From Leucoraja ocellata (taxonomy: Eukaryota), in NCBI GenBank assembly GCA_036785375.1, contig JAWMAR010000076.1, forward strand, positions 7,564,001-7,628,000: 64,000 nt of DNA, written 5' to 3'. The translations under genes were made by a program, and so were the position numbers. How positions within the stretch are numbered: position 1 is the stretch's first letter; the number at the start of each line of letters is the position of its first letter. Under the pieces are notes generated by a model. It was not told where the DNA came from, searched no databases, and saw nothing but the letters and a program-made list of their open reading frames with translations. Positions 13,100 to 26,813 of the stretch are shown here, piece after piece.

Positions 13100-13366
13100 A
13101 CGGCGACAGATAGCACAATGGGCTAAGAGTTCGGCTGGCGACCGGAAGGTAGCCGGTTCAAATCCCGCTTGGAGTGCATACTGTCGTTGTGTCCTTGGGC
13201 AAGACACTTCACCCACCTTTGCCTGTAATGGAATGGCGGCAGGCGCGGGCACACCGCGACGCCCTGTGTCTCCCTTTCAAGGGAGATGCTAAAAATGCAT
13301 TTCGTTGTCTCTGTACTGTACACTGACAATGACAATAAATTGAATCATTTCATTTCATTTCATTTG
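13100..13366 (+). mobile_element. tRNA-derived SINE with CORE-like domain and (CATTT)n tail
   Basis: A-box tagcacaatgg, B-box ggttcaaatccc, CORE-like gtgtccttgggcaagacacttcaccc, then aataaa and a cattt tail. Lies ~115 bp from the gene A IgV acceptor. Confidence 0.75.
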
Positions 13367-14129
13367 ATCCTCAGAAAGCCATTTACTCTTGAACTACTCT
13401 ACTATCTTAACAGTTACATGCAAAACTGGATGAGGTGTCCTTTCAAACTTTTGGATCCAACTGGAATACAACTTGGATCGAGGGTAGGATCATTCATTTG
13501 AACTGGGAAATGCTAGGCAGCAGTGGTCTTAAGTTCCAATAGAGGAAGGGTGCAAGAGAACAAAGAGAATGCTTGTGATCTGCTGGTGACCAAGAAACTA
13601 AATAAGACAAATGGTGGCAGCATCAGCTAGAGAAGAGTCATTCATGAAAACAGGAGACGCAAGTATATTTTGGGAATGGGGGATACTAAATAACACAGTT
13701 GCTGCAAGTTTAAAATAAAAGAAACACTCAAATATGCAGCAGTCAGAAGACTGCAGAATATCAAAACCAGAAAAGCTAGAATGGGTATGAGATTGAGAAT
13801 TAAAGGTCTGAAGAAGGGTCTCAACCCAAAATATCTGTCTTTTCCCTCCAGACACTTACTGACATGTTGAATTCGTCAGCACTATGTTTTTTGCTGGAGA
13901 AATAAAGTGACAGGGAAGTGGAAGCTTAGGGTTACCTCTATAACTGAATAAAAATGTTCAGCAAATCACCCAACTATACTCATTTTTTTGTTTCTCTTAA
14001 TGTAAAGGAGTTAAATTCCAAACTTGTACAAGTGAATTGCTGCTTCACCCGAAAGGTGTGTTTGGGTAATGAGTTGGTGGAATGTGAAGAAATGGAAGGC
14101 AACTGTTCATACACATTTCTAGTACTGTT

Positions 14130-14258
14130 TAAGAAAGAACTGCAGATGCAGGTAAAAACGAAGGTAGACACAAAATGCTGGAGTAACTCAGCGGGTGAAG
14201 CAGCAAATTGAGAGAAGGAATTGGCGACATTTCGGGTCGAGACCCTTCTTCAGACTGA
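14130..14258 (-). mobile_element. Penelope terminal fragment with hammerhead-like motif
   Basis: Reverse complement reads gtctgaagaagggtctcgacccgaaatgtcgcc followed by the Penelope tail. Confidence 0.7.
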
Positions 14259-14384
14259 ATGGCCTACTCCTGCAGCTATTTTTCTGTTTCCCTTCTTAGG
14301 TCTTCATTCAGTTCTCTATTTACATCTTTCCAGCCAGATCAGTTACAATGCTCCAGCCTCAATTATGTGCAGTTTTGTCTGTCC

Positions 14385-15065
14385 TTTCCAGATTGACAAC
14401 ATTTTTTCTATAACATGGTACCCAGAACTGAATGCAATACTATACATGCAGGCTCACCAAGGTCTTATACAACTGCAGCATAACCTCCCAACTTCTATAC
14501 TCAATACTGATAAAGGCCAATGTGCCAAATGCCATTTTGACCACATTATCTACCCGTGACCATGCACCTGCACTCCTAGACCCCTCTGCTCTGCAACATG
14601 CTCCAGAGCCCTACCATTCACTGTGTAGGTCCTACCAATGTTAGACTTCCCAAAACGTAACACCACATATTTATCTGTATAAAATTCCATCAACCATTCC
14701 TCAGCACACCTGGTCAATCAAGATCCTGCTGCAATTTTTTACAGCCAGCTTCACTATCTGCAAAACCACCTACTTTTGTATCATCTGCAAACTTGCTGTG
14801 TATGTTCTCATCCAAATCATTGATATAGATGACAAGCAGTAACGGAACCCAGCAACAAACTGAGCCGCATCACTAGTCACAGGCCTCCAATCCGAGAAGC
14901 AACCTTCTGCCTCCTTCCATGAAACCAATTTTCTATCCATTCAGTTATCTCTCCTTGGATCCCCAGAAATCTAACCTTCCAGAGCAGCCTACCATGCAGA
15001 ATGTGGTCAAACACTTTGCTAAGTCCATTTCTACAGCTCTGCCCTCAGCGACCTTTTTGGACATG
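14385..15065 (-). mobile_element. Older CR1 LINE RT-region fragment
   Basis: Degenerate homology to CR1 RT (SKFADDTK-like aagtttgcagatgatacaaaag on the minus strand). Confidence 0.7.
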
Positions 15066-15070
15066 TCTTA

Positions 15071-15545
15071 ACATAGAAACATAGAAAATAGGTGCAGGAG
15101 TAGGCCATTCGGCTCTTCGAGCCTGCACCGCCATTCAATATGATCATGGCTGATCATCCAACTCAGTATCCTGTTCCTGCCTTCTCTCCATACCCCCTGA
15201 TCCCTTTAGCCACAAGGGCCACATCTAACTCCCTCGTAAATATAGCCAATGAACTGGCCTCAACTACCTTCTGCGGCAGAGAATTCCAGAGATTCACCAC
15301 TCTCTGTGTGAAAAAGTTTTCCTCATCTCGGTCCTAAAAGATTTCCCCCTTATCCTTAAACTGTGACCCCTTGTTCTGGACTTCCCCAACATCGGGAACA
15401 ATCTCCCTGCATCTAGCCTGTCCAACCACTTAAGAATTCTGTAAGTTTCTATAAGATTCCCCCTCAATCTTCTAAATTATATCGAGTACAAACCTAGTCT
15501 ATCCAGTCTTTCTTCATATGAAAGTCCTGACATCCCAGGAATCAA
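15071..15545 (-). mobile_element. CR1/HER1 LINE 3' fragment
   Basis: Nearly identical to 17403-17870. Confidence 0.9.
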
Positions 15546-16139
15546 TTTAAAAAAAAACTAAATTTGTGAGACAAGACCTCCCACGTACAAACCCACACTG
15601 ACTGGCCAATCAGCAGGCCCAGTCCTCTGGCCAATCATACAGAATAGTCACCTAGCCATACAGGCAAGAGTTGATTATAGAGTTGGATGCCGCAGGCCGC
15701 CACCCACCCCCACGTTGAGGGGACGGGACCCGACGGATCCCCCTAGGTATCACTCTAAAACTCTATGAAGTATCTGCATGAATTTCTCATTACTTGGGAA
15801 TATTTTGGTATATTTTCTGATATTAAAAAATTCAGTAACTGATTCAGTAACTGATTGTGTGCATTACTAAGGCCAGTATTTATTGCACATCCTGAACTTC
15901 CCATGGAGCTGTATTCAATTTGGTGTGGCTTTGTATACAAGCTAGTACCACATGCTGGGACTACCTTGTACACAAATTCTTAGGTTTAAGCATAATGAAG
16001 GAACATTCCAAAAACATGGAGTGGAGCATGCTGTTCCCAGGTGCCTTCTGAACCTCTTCATCCATATCCATATCTCTAGATTTATAAATCTCTGATCTTG
16101 GATGTGTGTGCATTTGTGCAATGTTCGTGTACGTTTTCT

Positions 16140-16680
16140 CCTCGAAAACATGACGCACTAACGGTGAAATATTTACATATTCTGATAGAGATTTACGTCG
16201 TGATTCCATGCATTATTTCTCGAGTTATTAATCAAAATGTTTAAACATCTGAAAGAACTTAGAAAATAAAACCACTTGGCTTTGGCTGATGACATCACAT
16301 TGGCTGCACGCTGTATTCACGCACTGCGAGTGACGTCACCCAGCTGCCCGCTCGCTCAGGGGTCCTCGGGCCGGCGCATGATGGGGAGGTAGCTCCCCTC
16401 TCTGTCTCTGCCCTCTCCCCATCTCAAAAAGGCGCCGAAAATCGGAAACCTCAGCTCCAAAAGGCAACGGACAGCCAGAAACACCAGCTCCAAAAGGCAG
16501 CAACCCCCCCCTCTCCCTGTCTCTCACTCTCTCTGCCCTCTCTCCCTGTCTCTGCCCTTTCTCTGTCTCTGACCTCTCTACCTCCCCTCTCCAGCCGCGC
16601 CTGTGCAGTTCGGGGCTATGCGTGAGTGGATAGGGCATGGACAGGGTAAAAGGAGCAAATGAATAATAATAATACATAAA
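16140..16680 (+). mobile_element. Fragment of the non-autonomous Helitron-like family seen at 46411-47220
   Basis: aaaacatgacgc..tttacatattc..gagttatt..aaaatgtttaaa..gctgatgacatcaca..gcactgcgagt aligns with the reverse complement of ~46960-47175. Confidence 0.55.
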
Positions 16681-17402
16681 ACAAAGAACAGTACAACATA
16701 GGAATGAACCCTTCGGCAACCCACAATGTTCGTGTCGAACATATCTCACATGATCCCAGCAAATCCAAATTAAAAAACTCCCCCACTTCCCAAAGATGAT
16801 ACATCTTTCAGAACTATTCCAAACATCAAACACAAAATTAAAAGATGTTAAGAAAATAAACACAAGCAAATCAGCATTCCCAGGTAAGTTGGAATGAGAG
16901 GAATCAATTTTCAATTACATCAGCAATCAGTGTCCTGCCACAAATATCCAAGTGTTTCTGCTTTGAATTATATGTTAGGGCACATTACATCTTTTTGTAT
17001 TAAGGAGATCATCAGGGAGTTGTGTCATTATGCTGCATATGAAATAATCTTGGCATGGTGGAATCTTGACTTTGTGGAATTGATGTTTATCCTTCCATTG
17101 TTATTTACAAATCGGTTTACAGATTTAAGTCTACACTAAAAACATTTAATTAGCGAAGGAAAGATATCAGCTATTTGACCTACCAGTGTCATTATATTTT
17201 TATGCTTCCCTCGTATTCAGACAGATTAGCCTGGTACGAACTAGTACAGAGCATGTTATTTATCAAGCTTTATTAACTCTGGACTATGACTTCAAATCAG
17301 CTGGTTGATAAATGAAGGACAGGTGGCATAAACGAGAGGCCATTTTCAGATAGGCAACTAAAACTATGACAGCAAGGTGCAGCAGCAGAGAATGGGACAG
17401 TA

Positions 17403-20400
17403 ATAGAAACATAGAAAATAGGTGCAGGAGTAACCCATTCGGCCCTTCGAGCCTGCACCCCCATTCAATATGATTATGGCTGATCATCCAACTCAGTATC
17501 CTGTATCTGCCTACTCTCCATACCCTCTGATCCATTTAGCCACAAGGACCACATCTAACTCCCTCTTAAATATAGCCAATGAACTGGCCTCAACTACCTT
17601 CAGAGAATTCCACAGATTCACCACTCTCTGTGTAAAAAATGATTTTCTCATCTTGGTCCTAAAAGATTTCCCCCTTATCCTTAAACTGTGACCACTTGTT
17701 CTGGACTTCCCCAACATCGGGAACAATCTTCCTGCATCTAGCCTGTCCAACCCCTTAAGAACTTTGTAAGTTTCTATAAGATTCCCCCACAATCTTGTAA
17801 ATTCTAGCGAGTACAAGCCGAGTCTATCCAGTCTTTCTTCATATGAAAGTTCTGACATCCCAGGAATCAGCCTGGTGAACCTTCTCTATACTCCCTCTAT
17901 GGCAAGAATGTCTTTCCTCAGATTAGGAGACCAAAACTGTACGCAATACTCCAGGTGTGGTCTCACCAAGACCCTGTACAACTGCAGTAGAACCTCCCTG
18001 CTCCTATACTCAATTCCTTTTGCTATGAATGCTAACATAACATTCGCTTTCTTCACTGCCTGCTGCACCTGCATGCCCACTTTCAATGACTGGTATACCA
18101 TGACACCAAGGGCTTGTTGCATCTCCCCTTTTCCTAATCGGCCACCATTCAAATAAGTCTACTTCCCCGTGTTTGCCACCAAAGTGGATAACCTCACATT
18201 TATCCACATTATACTGCATCTGCCATGCATTTGCCCACTCACCCAACCTATCCAAGTCACCTTGCAGCCTCCTAGCATCCTCCTCACAGCTAACACTGCT
18301 CCCCAACTTCGTGTCATCCGCAAACTTGGATATGTTGCATTCAATTCTCTCGTCCAAATCATTAATATATATTGTAAATAGCTGAGGTCCCAGCACTGAG
18401 CCTTGCGGTACCCCACTAGTCACTGCCTGTCATTCTGAAAAGGACCCGTTTACTCCTACTCTTTGCTTCCTGTCTGCCAGCCAGTTTTCTATCTACATCA
18501 ATACTGAACCCCCATTACTGTGTGCTTTAGGTTTGCATGCTAATCTCTTATGTGGGACCTTGTCGAAAGCCTTCTGAAAGTCCAGAAATAACACATCCAC
18601 TGGTTCTCCCTTATGCATTCTACTAGTTACATCCTCGAAAAATTCTAAAAGATTCGTCAGACATGATTTACCTTTCATAAATTCATGCTGACTGTCCAAT
18701 AATCTCACCACTTTCCAAATGTGCTGCTATCCCATCTTTAATAACTGACTCTAGCAGTTTACCCACTACCGATGTTAGACTAACTGGTCTGTAATTCCCC
18801 GCTTTCTCACTCCCTCCCTTTTTAAAAAGTGGGGTTACATTAGCTACCCTCCAATCCTCAGGAACTACTCCAGAATCTAAAGAGTTTAAAAAAATGATCA
18901 CTAATGCATCCACTATTTCTGGGGTTAATTCCTTAAGTACTCTGGTATGCAGCCTATCTGACCCTGGGGATTTATCGGCCTTTAATCCATTCAATTTACC
19001 TAACACCACTTCCCGGCTAACCGGGATTTCACTCAGTTCCATCTCATTTGACCCCCCGTCCCCTGCCATTTCCGGCTGATTATTTATGTCTTCCTTAGTG
19101 AAGACAGAACCAAAGTAGTTATTCAATTGGTCTGCCATGTCCTTGTTCCCCATGATCAATTCACCCGTTTCTGACTGCAAGGGACCTACATTTGTTTTAA
19201 CTAATCTTTTTCTTTTCACATATCTATAAAAACTTTTGCAGTCAGTTTTTATGTTCCCTGCCAATTTTTTTCCATAATCTATTTTCCCTTTCCTAATTAA
19301 TCCCTTTGTCCTCCTCTGCTGGACTCAGAATTTCTCCCAGTCCTCTAGTAGGCTGCTTTTTCTGGCTAATTTGTATGCTTCATCTTTTGTTTTGTTACTA
19401 TTCCCTGATATCTCTTGTTATCCACGGATGTACTACCTTCCCTGATTTATTCTTTTGCCAAACTGGGATGAACAATTTTGTAGTTCATCCATGCAGTCTT
19501 TAAATGCCTTCCATTGCCTATCCACTGTCAACCCTTTAAGAATCAATTGCCAGTCTATCTTGGCCAATTCATGTCTCATACCCTCAAAGTTACCTTTCTT
19601 TAAGTTCAGAACCCGTGTTTCTGAATTAATTATGTCACTCTCCATCCTAATGAAGAACGCAACCATATTATGGTCACTCTTGCACAAGGGGCCACGCACA
19701 ACAAGACTGTGAACTAACCCTTCCTCATTACTCAATACCCAGTCTAGAATAGCCTGCTCTATCGTTGGTTCCTCTACATGTTGGTTTAGAAAAATATCCC
19801 GCATACATTCCAAGAAATCCTCTTCCTCAGCACCCCTGCCAATTTGATTCATCCAATCTATATGTAGATTGAAGTCACCCATTATAACTGTTTTACCTTT
19901 GTTGCACGCATTTCTAATTTCGAGTTTGATGCCATCCCCAACTCCACTACTACTGTTAGGTGGCCTGTACACAACTCCCACTAGCGTTTTCTGCCCCTTA
20001 GTGTTTCGCAGCCCTACCCAAATCGATTCCACATCCTCCAAGCTAATGTCCTTCTTTTCTATTGTGTTAATCTCCTCTCTAACCAGCAACGCTACCCCAC
20101 CTCCTTTTCCTTTCTGTCTATCCCTCCTGAATATTGAATATCCTTGGATGTTCAGCTCCCAGCCTTGGTCACCCTGGAGCCATGTCTCCATGATCTCAAC
20201 TATATCATATTCATTAATAACTATCTGCACATTCAACTCATCCACCTTATTACGAATGCTCCTTGCATTGAGACATAAAGCCTTCAGGCTTGTTTTTACA
20301 ACACTCTTACCCTTTATACATTTATGTTGAAAATTGATTTTTGATTTTGATTTTTGCCCTGGATTTGTCTGCCTGCCACTTTTACTTTTCACGTTGCTAC

Positions 20401-20605
20401 CTATTGCTTCTACCCTCATTTTGCACCCCTCTGTCTCTCTGCTCACACATTTAAGAAACCCACCACCTCTTATTTTCTGTTTATTATATTTTTCTTCTTT
20501 CTCCCCTAAATGTTGGGTCTGAGTGCTTCCCTTCTCTGCCTCCTGCCTCACACACTGTCTACTAGCTTTCTCTATTTGAGCCCTTCCCCCAACTGTCCTA
20601 GTTTA
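17403..20605 (-). mobile_element. Near-complete CR1/HER1 LINE ORF2 (APE endonuclease + RT), frameshifted, in the gene A leader-IgV intron
   Basis: Consecutive ORFs encode NARSIRNK/ETWL/GDFN/SDH (APE), [40 protein letters not shown] and the C-terminal CR1 region; 3' tail ctatgtttctat. Confidence 0.95.
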
Positions 20606-20789
20606 AAGTCTTCCCAGTAATCATCACAAAGGAGAAAAAAAAAATCTTAAATCCAATTTGTTCGACAAATGCAATGGAAATAGTAGAATCAAGAAAATGT
20701 AAAGAACAAAATGGACAAGTATTGTTACAAAAATCTGCAGGTCAGACACAACCTGTAACAACTTTGACAATAGAGTTTCAGAGCAAGGA

Positions 20790-21505
20790 AGCAGAAGATG
20801 GGAGGATGGCTAATGTGGTGCCTTTACTTAAGGCTACATGGCCAAGCCAGGGAACTTATAGGCTGGTGAGCCTAACATCAGTGATGGAAATATTATTGGA
20901 GAGGATTCTGAGGAACTGGATCTACCAACATTCCAGAGTGGAGAAGTCGGATAATACAGAAGTAGTGCGAGTGGGGAGCGATGGTGTGGATTTGGTGTGC
21001 CGTAGGGCCCATGCTGTATCGCTAAAACTAAAACTAGACATTTGCCAAGTCGAGGACTCATTTGGGATAATCAGCATTGATTTGTGTGGGAAAATTATGT
21101 TTCACAGATGAGTGAATTTATTTTTGAAGGAATGACCAAATAGATTGTATACATCGATTTTGCACAGAAAGTGGTGATCCAGGTAGATGGGGAGGTGAAG
21201 ATGATGTTTGGCATATTGGCCAAAGAATAAGTGGCAAGCCATTTAGAACGGAGATGAGGAAATACTTTTTCCACATAGAGTTGTGAGTGTGTGGAATTCT
21301 CTACCTCTATCTCTACCTAGGGCGGTGGGGGCTGGTTCTCTGGGTGATTTCAAGAGAGATAGATAGAGCTCTTAGGGATAGCAAAGTTAAGTTATATGGA
21401 GAGAAGGCAAGAACAGGGTACTGATTGTGGATGATCAGCCTGATCACACTCATGGAGGTGTGGGCTCGAAGGGCCGAATGGCCCACTCCTGCACCTATTG
21501 TCTAT
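20790..21505 (+). mobile_element. Degenerate CR1 fragments
   Basis: RMANVVPL..YRLVSLTSV remnants and the CR1 3' tail. Confidence 0.7.
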
Positions 21506-21715
21506 AAGGCGGGATGTTAAGTATTTCCCTCCCCCACCCCCCAATTTTACAAAGCTGTTTATATTATCATGGGAGAGCAAAAAAAAAAGGTTAAATAATT
21601 CAGAATATTTATTTTGTCCAGATAAATAACTGGAAGTGTCTAATGAGCATGAATGCACAATACTGGATGAGATACAGGGAGATAAAAATTTTGAGATAAT
21701 ACTTAAATTATTTAC

Positions 21716-21776
21716 CGGCTATGGTAATTTCAACAGCAGCAAACAGGCAAACGAGCAAGTTGAGCAGGCAGTTCAT
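21716..21776 (-). CDS. Gene A (B7/butyrophilin-like Ig superfamily) signal-peptide exon, MNCLLNLLVCLFAAVEITIA(G)
   Basis: Minus strand reads cttctttctttag|aATG...GCC G|gtaaat: polypyrimidine acceptor, ATG, 20 hydrophobic codons + 1 nt. The phase-1 donor joins in frame to the IgV exon (G|GT CGC = G-R). Confidence 0.75.
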
Positions 21777-22039
21777 TCTAAAGAAAGAAGTAAAATAGCA
21801 AAGTTATTGCATTGAATTTTCTTCAATTACAAATAATAAACCAGCTGTATTTGTCTCCCTTCATGACATACAACTCTTCTCTACAAGGGGGGAGTTGATC
21901 ACTCCAACCATCAAGCAACCTTGCACTGCTGTGCCCATCGAAGTTCAATTCAATCTCTCATCTGCAATTTTAAGACTAATCCTACATGCAAGATTCTACA
22001 AGTGGAAACCTTAGAGATACAAAGTGGAAACAGGTTCAC

Positions 22040-22195
22040 CAAGTCTGCAATGACCTGGAATTACCCTATATAGCAGCACTATCCTACATATTAGGGACAA
22101 TTTACAATGTACAGAAGCCAACTAACCTACAAACCTGCACATCTTTAGAGTGCGGAAGGCGATCGGAGCTCAACCGCTGCACCATTGTGCATCCC
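22040..22195 (-). mobile_element. HE1-like (V-)SINE fragment
   Basis: The agggacaatttaca..aagccaactaacctacaaacctg core is shared with the copies at 49900 and 55407. Confidence 0.65.
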
Positions 22196-22820
22196 TAAGA
22201 TCTTCCCATATCTTAGACACATATTCTTATTTTTATTCTCGTGTTGTCTTCGAATGGTTTTAAACACTTAGAAAGGATGGAAAGCAATTCTCCCTGGTGT
22301 ATTTACCCTCAACGCACCATGCAAATGTTTGTGGGTCTGTTTCTACAGATAAGACCCCTCCAATCCACGAGACTGTCAATAATTCTCCCATGCCTTTACT
22401 ATTTAATAATTGCCATTTCATAATTTTAGTTAGGGTAGTCCTGTCCACCCACCAAACGGGGACAGGACTTGCTGCAACCCTCTGCACAATTTATTTGGTT
22501 AAAAAGGGTTTAAAAAAACTGCAAGCTAAGTGAACAGTGGGATTAGATGCGTTGATTTGACAGAATAGGTAATGTGGCATTTACTGAATGTTTTAAAACT
22601 ATTACACCACACCACATCACATTAAATCAGCACTTGTTTTGCTGGCTGCGTGACAGTACGGTTAGTGTTTACTTATTATTATATTTGTCGACAGCAACAT
22701 TGCTACCAACATCTTTAAATAACTCGCCAAAGTGTGTCCATGTACACGAGACAAATTGTATCGGCATCATCCACTGAGCGAGCAGTTGTCATAAGAGTGC
22801 CCCAGAGAACCAAGGTATTT

Positions 22821-24140
22821 TCAATCAATCAATCAATCAACCTTTATTGTCATCTTGCAGGCAACAGTTGTTACAGTGCAAAATGAAAAGACGTTTCCCA
22901 GTGAATAGCGGAGCATCGCACATGAAATTTAAACACTTCACACATAATAACACTAAAAACAATCCAGTCCCTGATGGAACAGTATAAATAGTTAAAAGCA
23001 GGTAAAAAAACCCCAATGTTAAAATTCAATAAACCAATCATAAAAATGTCCAGGGCCGCTGATTTGAGTGGCCAGTGCCAGTATTAAAGTGTCCGTGCCA
23101 GCCGCAGAGTCAAGTCAAGTGACTGTGGGTGCAGAGTGACTGTTTAGCAGCCTCACAGCCTGTGGTAGGAAGCTGTTTAGCAGCCTCGTAGTCCGGGCTT
23201 TGATGCTACGATATCTCTTGCCTGATGGCAGGAGATCCAGGTGTGCGTGGAGGGGGTGCAGTTTGTCCTTGGCAATTCTCTGTGCTTTCTTCAGACAGCG
23301 GCTCTGGAACAGTTCTTGTACCGAGGGTAGGGAGACGCCAATAATCCTCTCTGCTCCCCTCACTACCCTCTGCAGAGCCTTCCTGTCCGAACAGTTGCAG
23401 GTGGAGTACCACGTATTTATGCAGTACGTGAGTACAGACTCCACCGTGCCCCTGTAGAAAGTCCTGAGGATGTTGGTGGGGAGTGAGGCCTGTTTTAGTT
23501 TCCTCAGGAAGTGCAGTCGCTGATGGGCCCGTTTGACGGTCCCAGTGGTGTTCCTGGACCAGGTGAGGCTGTCCGTTATTTGCACACCGAGGAACTTTAT
23601 GCTCTCCACTCTCTCCACAGCAGTGCCACTAATGTTGAGCGGTGTATGCTTTGGCTGCGCCCTCCTGAAGTCGACAACCATCTCCTTAGTTTTGTCGACA
23701 TTCAATTCTATGTTGTTTTTGCCGCACCAGTCCACCAGTTGTTCTACTTCCTCCCTGTACATTGTTTCGTCATCTCCACTGATGAGTCCCACCACTGTAG
23801 TGTCGTCCGCGAATTTTATGATTTTATTTTCCCTGAATCTGGCAGCACAGTCATGTGTGAGCAGTGTGAACAACAGCGGGCTGAGCACACAGCCTTGAGG
23901 GGAGCCGGTGCTCAGCGTGATCGAGCCTGAAGTGTTCTTGCCAACACGGACTGACTGCGGTCTCTCTGTCAGAAAGTCCAAGATCCAGTGACACAGGGTG
24001 GTGTTGAGGCCCAGCAGGGTTAGTTTCTCCACAAGTCTCCGTGGGATGATGGTATTAAACGCTGAGCTGAAGTCAATGTACAGGATTCTGGCGTATGTGT
24101 TCTTCTGTTCCAGATGCGCGATTACTGTGTGCAGCGTATT
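22821..24140 (-). mobile_element. 5'-truncated Rex1/Babar-clade LINE with an uninterrupted RT C-terminal ORF
   Basis: ORF 23115-24170 encodes [37 protein letters not shown] and [13 protein letters not shown], followed by a 3' UTR, aataaa and an (ATTG)n tail at 22821-22840. Confidence 0.92.
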
Positions 24141-24999
24141 CGGACCGTTTGGATCAAAGTACTGCATCATAAATCAGCCTTTTCAATCAATCATTATCCA
24201 GAACCATAAAACCACCCCCAAAACGCAGGTGCCAAATGTTTCAAACATTAAAGGTAAATGAAACAATGGACAACAGGTATAAAGGAGAACATACTACATT
24301 TGATGGTCTCCATAACTATGCTGGGCGACATGGCCAGGATATGAAAGACACAGGTCACTGTTGTATTTCCTATAATTCTGGTCTAGTTACTACTCCAAAG
24401 CAGTGCAAAGATGGATTTCCCATCTCGCCTTCCAGCGCCACACTTAAAATTCAACGGCTGTGTTGTCCAATATCAATGAGATGCCATCACCTTGCACATC
24501 CACCCTTCACCATTCCTAAATGACTGTTCCTTCTGAAACTCCATGGATTAATCTTCCACCTCCACTCTTTCACTCTCCCTTGCAAAATAAAACATTGGCG
24601 ATATAACATTGGCGACATTTATCTTTCTCTACCTCACCATCTGGAAGACTAAATCTGTCTCTAGGTGAAGTAGCAATTCACTTAAACTTCTTACAGTTTG
24701 GAACACCAAACAGCACAGTAACAGGCACTTCAGCTCAGCCCACAATGTATTTGCCGAACTTATCACAAATTAAACTAATCTCGGCCTGCATCTGATCTAT
24801 ATCCTTCTATTCCCTGCATATATACGTGCACATGTAAAAGTGTCACAACCAGAGGGAACAATAGTTACAAGGCCAGGCAAGCTCAGCTGAAATTGTACTC
24901 CTTTGAAGAATGACAAAATAAAATGTAATAGAGGCGCCCGGAATAATTCAATACCACTATAGCATATATTTCCATCTTTTTTTTAATCATTCAAATTTA

Positions 25000-25773
25000 A
25001 TTCGAATAAATGTGAGGTGTTGCACATTGGGAGGGCAAATGTAAAGGGAAAGTATACATTTATTGCAAAGACCCTTAATAGCATTTATATATTGAAGGAT
25101 CTTAAAAGTCCAAATCTATAGCTCCCTGAAAGTGGCAACACAAATATTGGTAAGGATGATAAATGTATGTACTTACATACATTGTTCAAGGAATTGAGAA
25201 CCAACATCCTTGCAGGGAGGTTCACTAGCACTGCTGGGAAGGGTTTAAACTAGAGAAGCATGGAAGTGGGAACCACAGTAGCAAGTCAAAAATTGGAAGA
25301 CGTGAGGGGATGGTAGAGGTTAGAATCAGCAAGACGCAAAGGTAGGACAGGCTGGAAGGGGTGAAAGAATATGGTGACACTGACGACCTGAAATGTATTT
25401 ATTTCAATGTGTTGTGGAGAAAACATATGAACCTGGAGCCTAGATTGATCCTTGACACTATGATGTTGTTGCAAAGAGCACACAACTGGCAGAGCAATGT
25501 TCCAGATGTGATTGAAATGGAAGGAAAAGAGGAGTTTAAATATCAATCACGCAGACGATCACAGTGGGCATTCAGAAATACTGAAGTGTTCTTCCACTGA
25601 GGTAATATGGGTAGAGCTTGCAAATAAGGAAGGTGCATGTACCCTAATGGAAATGCACTATAAACTGCCCAATAGCAAACAGTAGATAGAGGAACAGATA
25701 TGTGGACAAAGTCAATACTGACTGTGACTTAGTGCCAAAACTTAGATGGGGCAGAATTTGAGGTGCATCTGAG
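25000..25773 (+). mobile_element. Old CR1 fragments (continue at 26821-27230 and 27695-28990)
   Basis: Degenerate CR1 motifs (KCEVLH, WVEL, AFDKVPH, 3' tail) interrupted by younger insertions. Confidence 0.6.
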
Positions 25774-26813
25774 TAGGTATGTTACAAAACCTACCTGAAT
25801 CGTCGATGAGAATCTGCCCCCAGGCCGTGTGCGTGATTTTGGCGCTGTTTAGAGGGGGCGGGTTTAAAACGCGATTTTTACTAGGCTGTTGCAATCGAAA
25901 ATGTTCAGCCTAGTAAATCATTAACGGAAAATCGCTGAAAGACCCCGTCGCAAAAGGTATTATTAGTTTTTATGGCCTTGTATAATAGTTATAGTAGTTT
26001 AAAAATCACTCTCTAAACCCGCGACCTCTCACAGCCCCAGGGTTTTATAAAGCAAACAATTAAAGGTATGTACCTTATTTTTACATTAAAAGGGGCTTCT
26101 TAAGAACCCTGTATATAAAGTTTTCTATAGCAAGTAGCTCATTTTGGGCTTTTTATATCCCGCAGTATTTTTCTGGGCATTTGAGGGCACAAATCCAGCG
26201 CAATGTGAACGTTCTAAACCAGCGCGTTCACAGGAACCCACTAGAAAGCCGATTTAAATTGACTTTAATTTACAGCAATTGAACACTAAATTCCTTCCAT
26301 TTGGCCTATAAATTGATGTAAATGAGATTTAAAAATCATGTTTTATTGTGAATTATTTGTGAATATTATTTGGACACTTAGGCTATTTAAAAATGTTAAT
26401 CATTTATTAAGAAATGGATAGATGTTTAAATCTAGTAATTGAAGTTTGAAATTAGCTACAATTGGGTAACTAACTAATTATATGTTTGAATTTCAGGTCA
26501 TCCAAGTAAGATTATTTTATATTTGTTTCAGAATGCTTCAATCAATGATAACTGAAAATTTCATTCAGTTCTCTTAATTTTTAAGAAGGTTATGGGCTTT
26601 TGACTGTCCATGATCACAGCTTTTTTGTTATGTCCATAGAAAATCAATAGGGAACAAGATGCTAATTTCCGAGTATGAAAATGGCCACAACTGTTTTATT
26701 ACTTGAGATATGAAAGTTAATTATGTGTCAAATTAAACTTATTGTTATGCTTTATCTAATGGGTTAAATTGCAGACTTGATTTTTTAAATCTCAAAATTT
26801 TGTAACATTGCTA
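25774..26813. mobile_element. Non-autonomous TIR DNA transposon (~1.04 kb)
   Basis: Ends TAGGTATGTTACAAAA / TTTTGTAACATTGCTA, flanked by the direct repeat ATCTGAG (25767-25773 and 26814-26820). It interrupts a CR1 remnant and has no ORF. Confidence 0.8.

Noticed and set aside
13100-13175. tRNA gene
   Set aside because: The A/B boxes run into a CORE-like body and a simple-repeat tail, so this is a SINE head.
12985-13252. N-terminal part of the 209-aa ORF as coding sequence
   Set aside because: It is intron plus antisense SINE read-through upstream of the acceptor at 12985.
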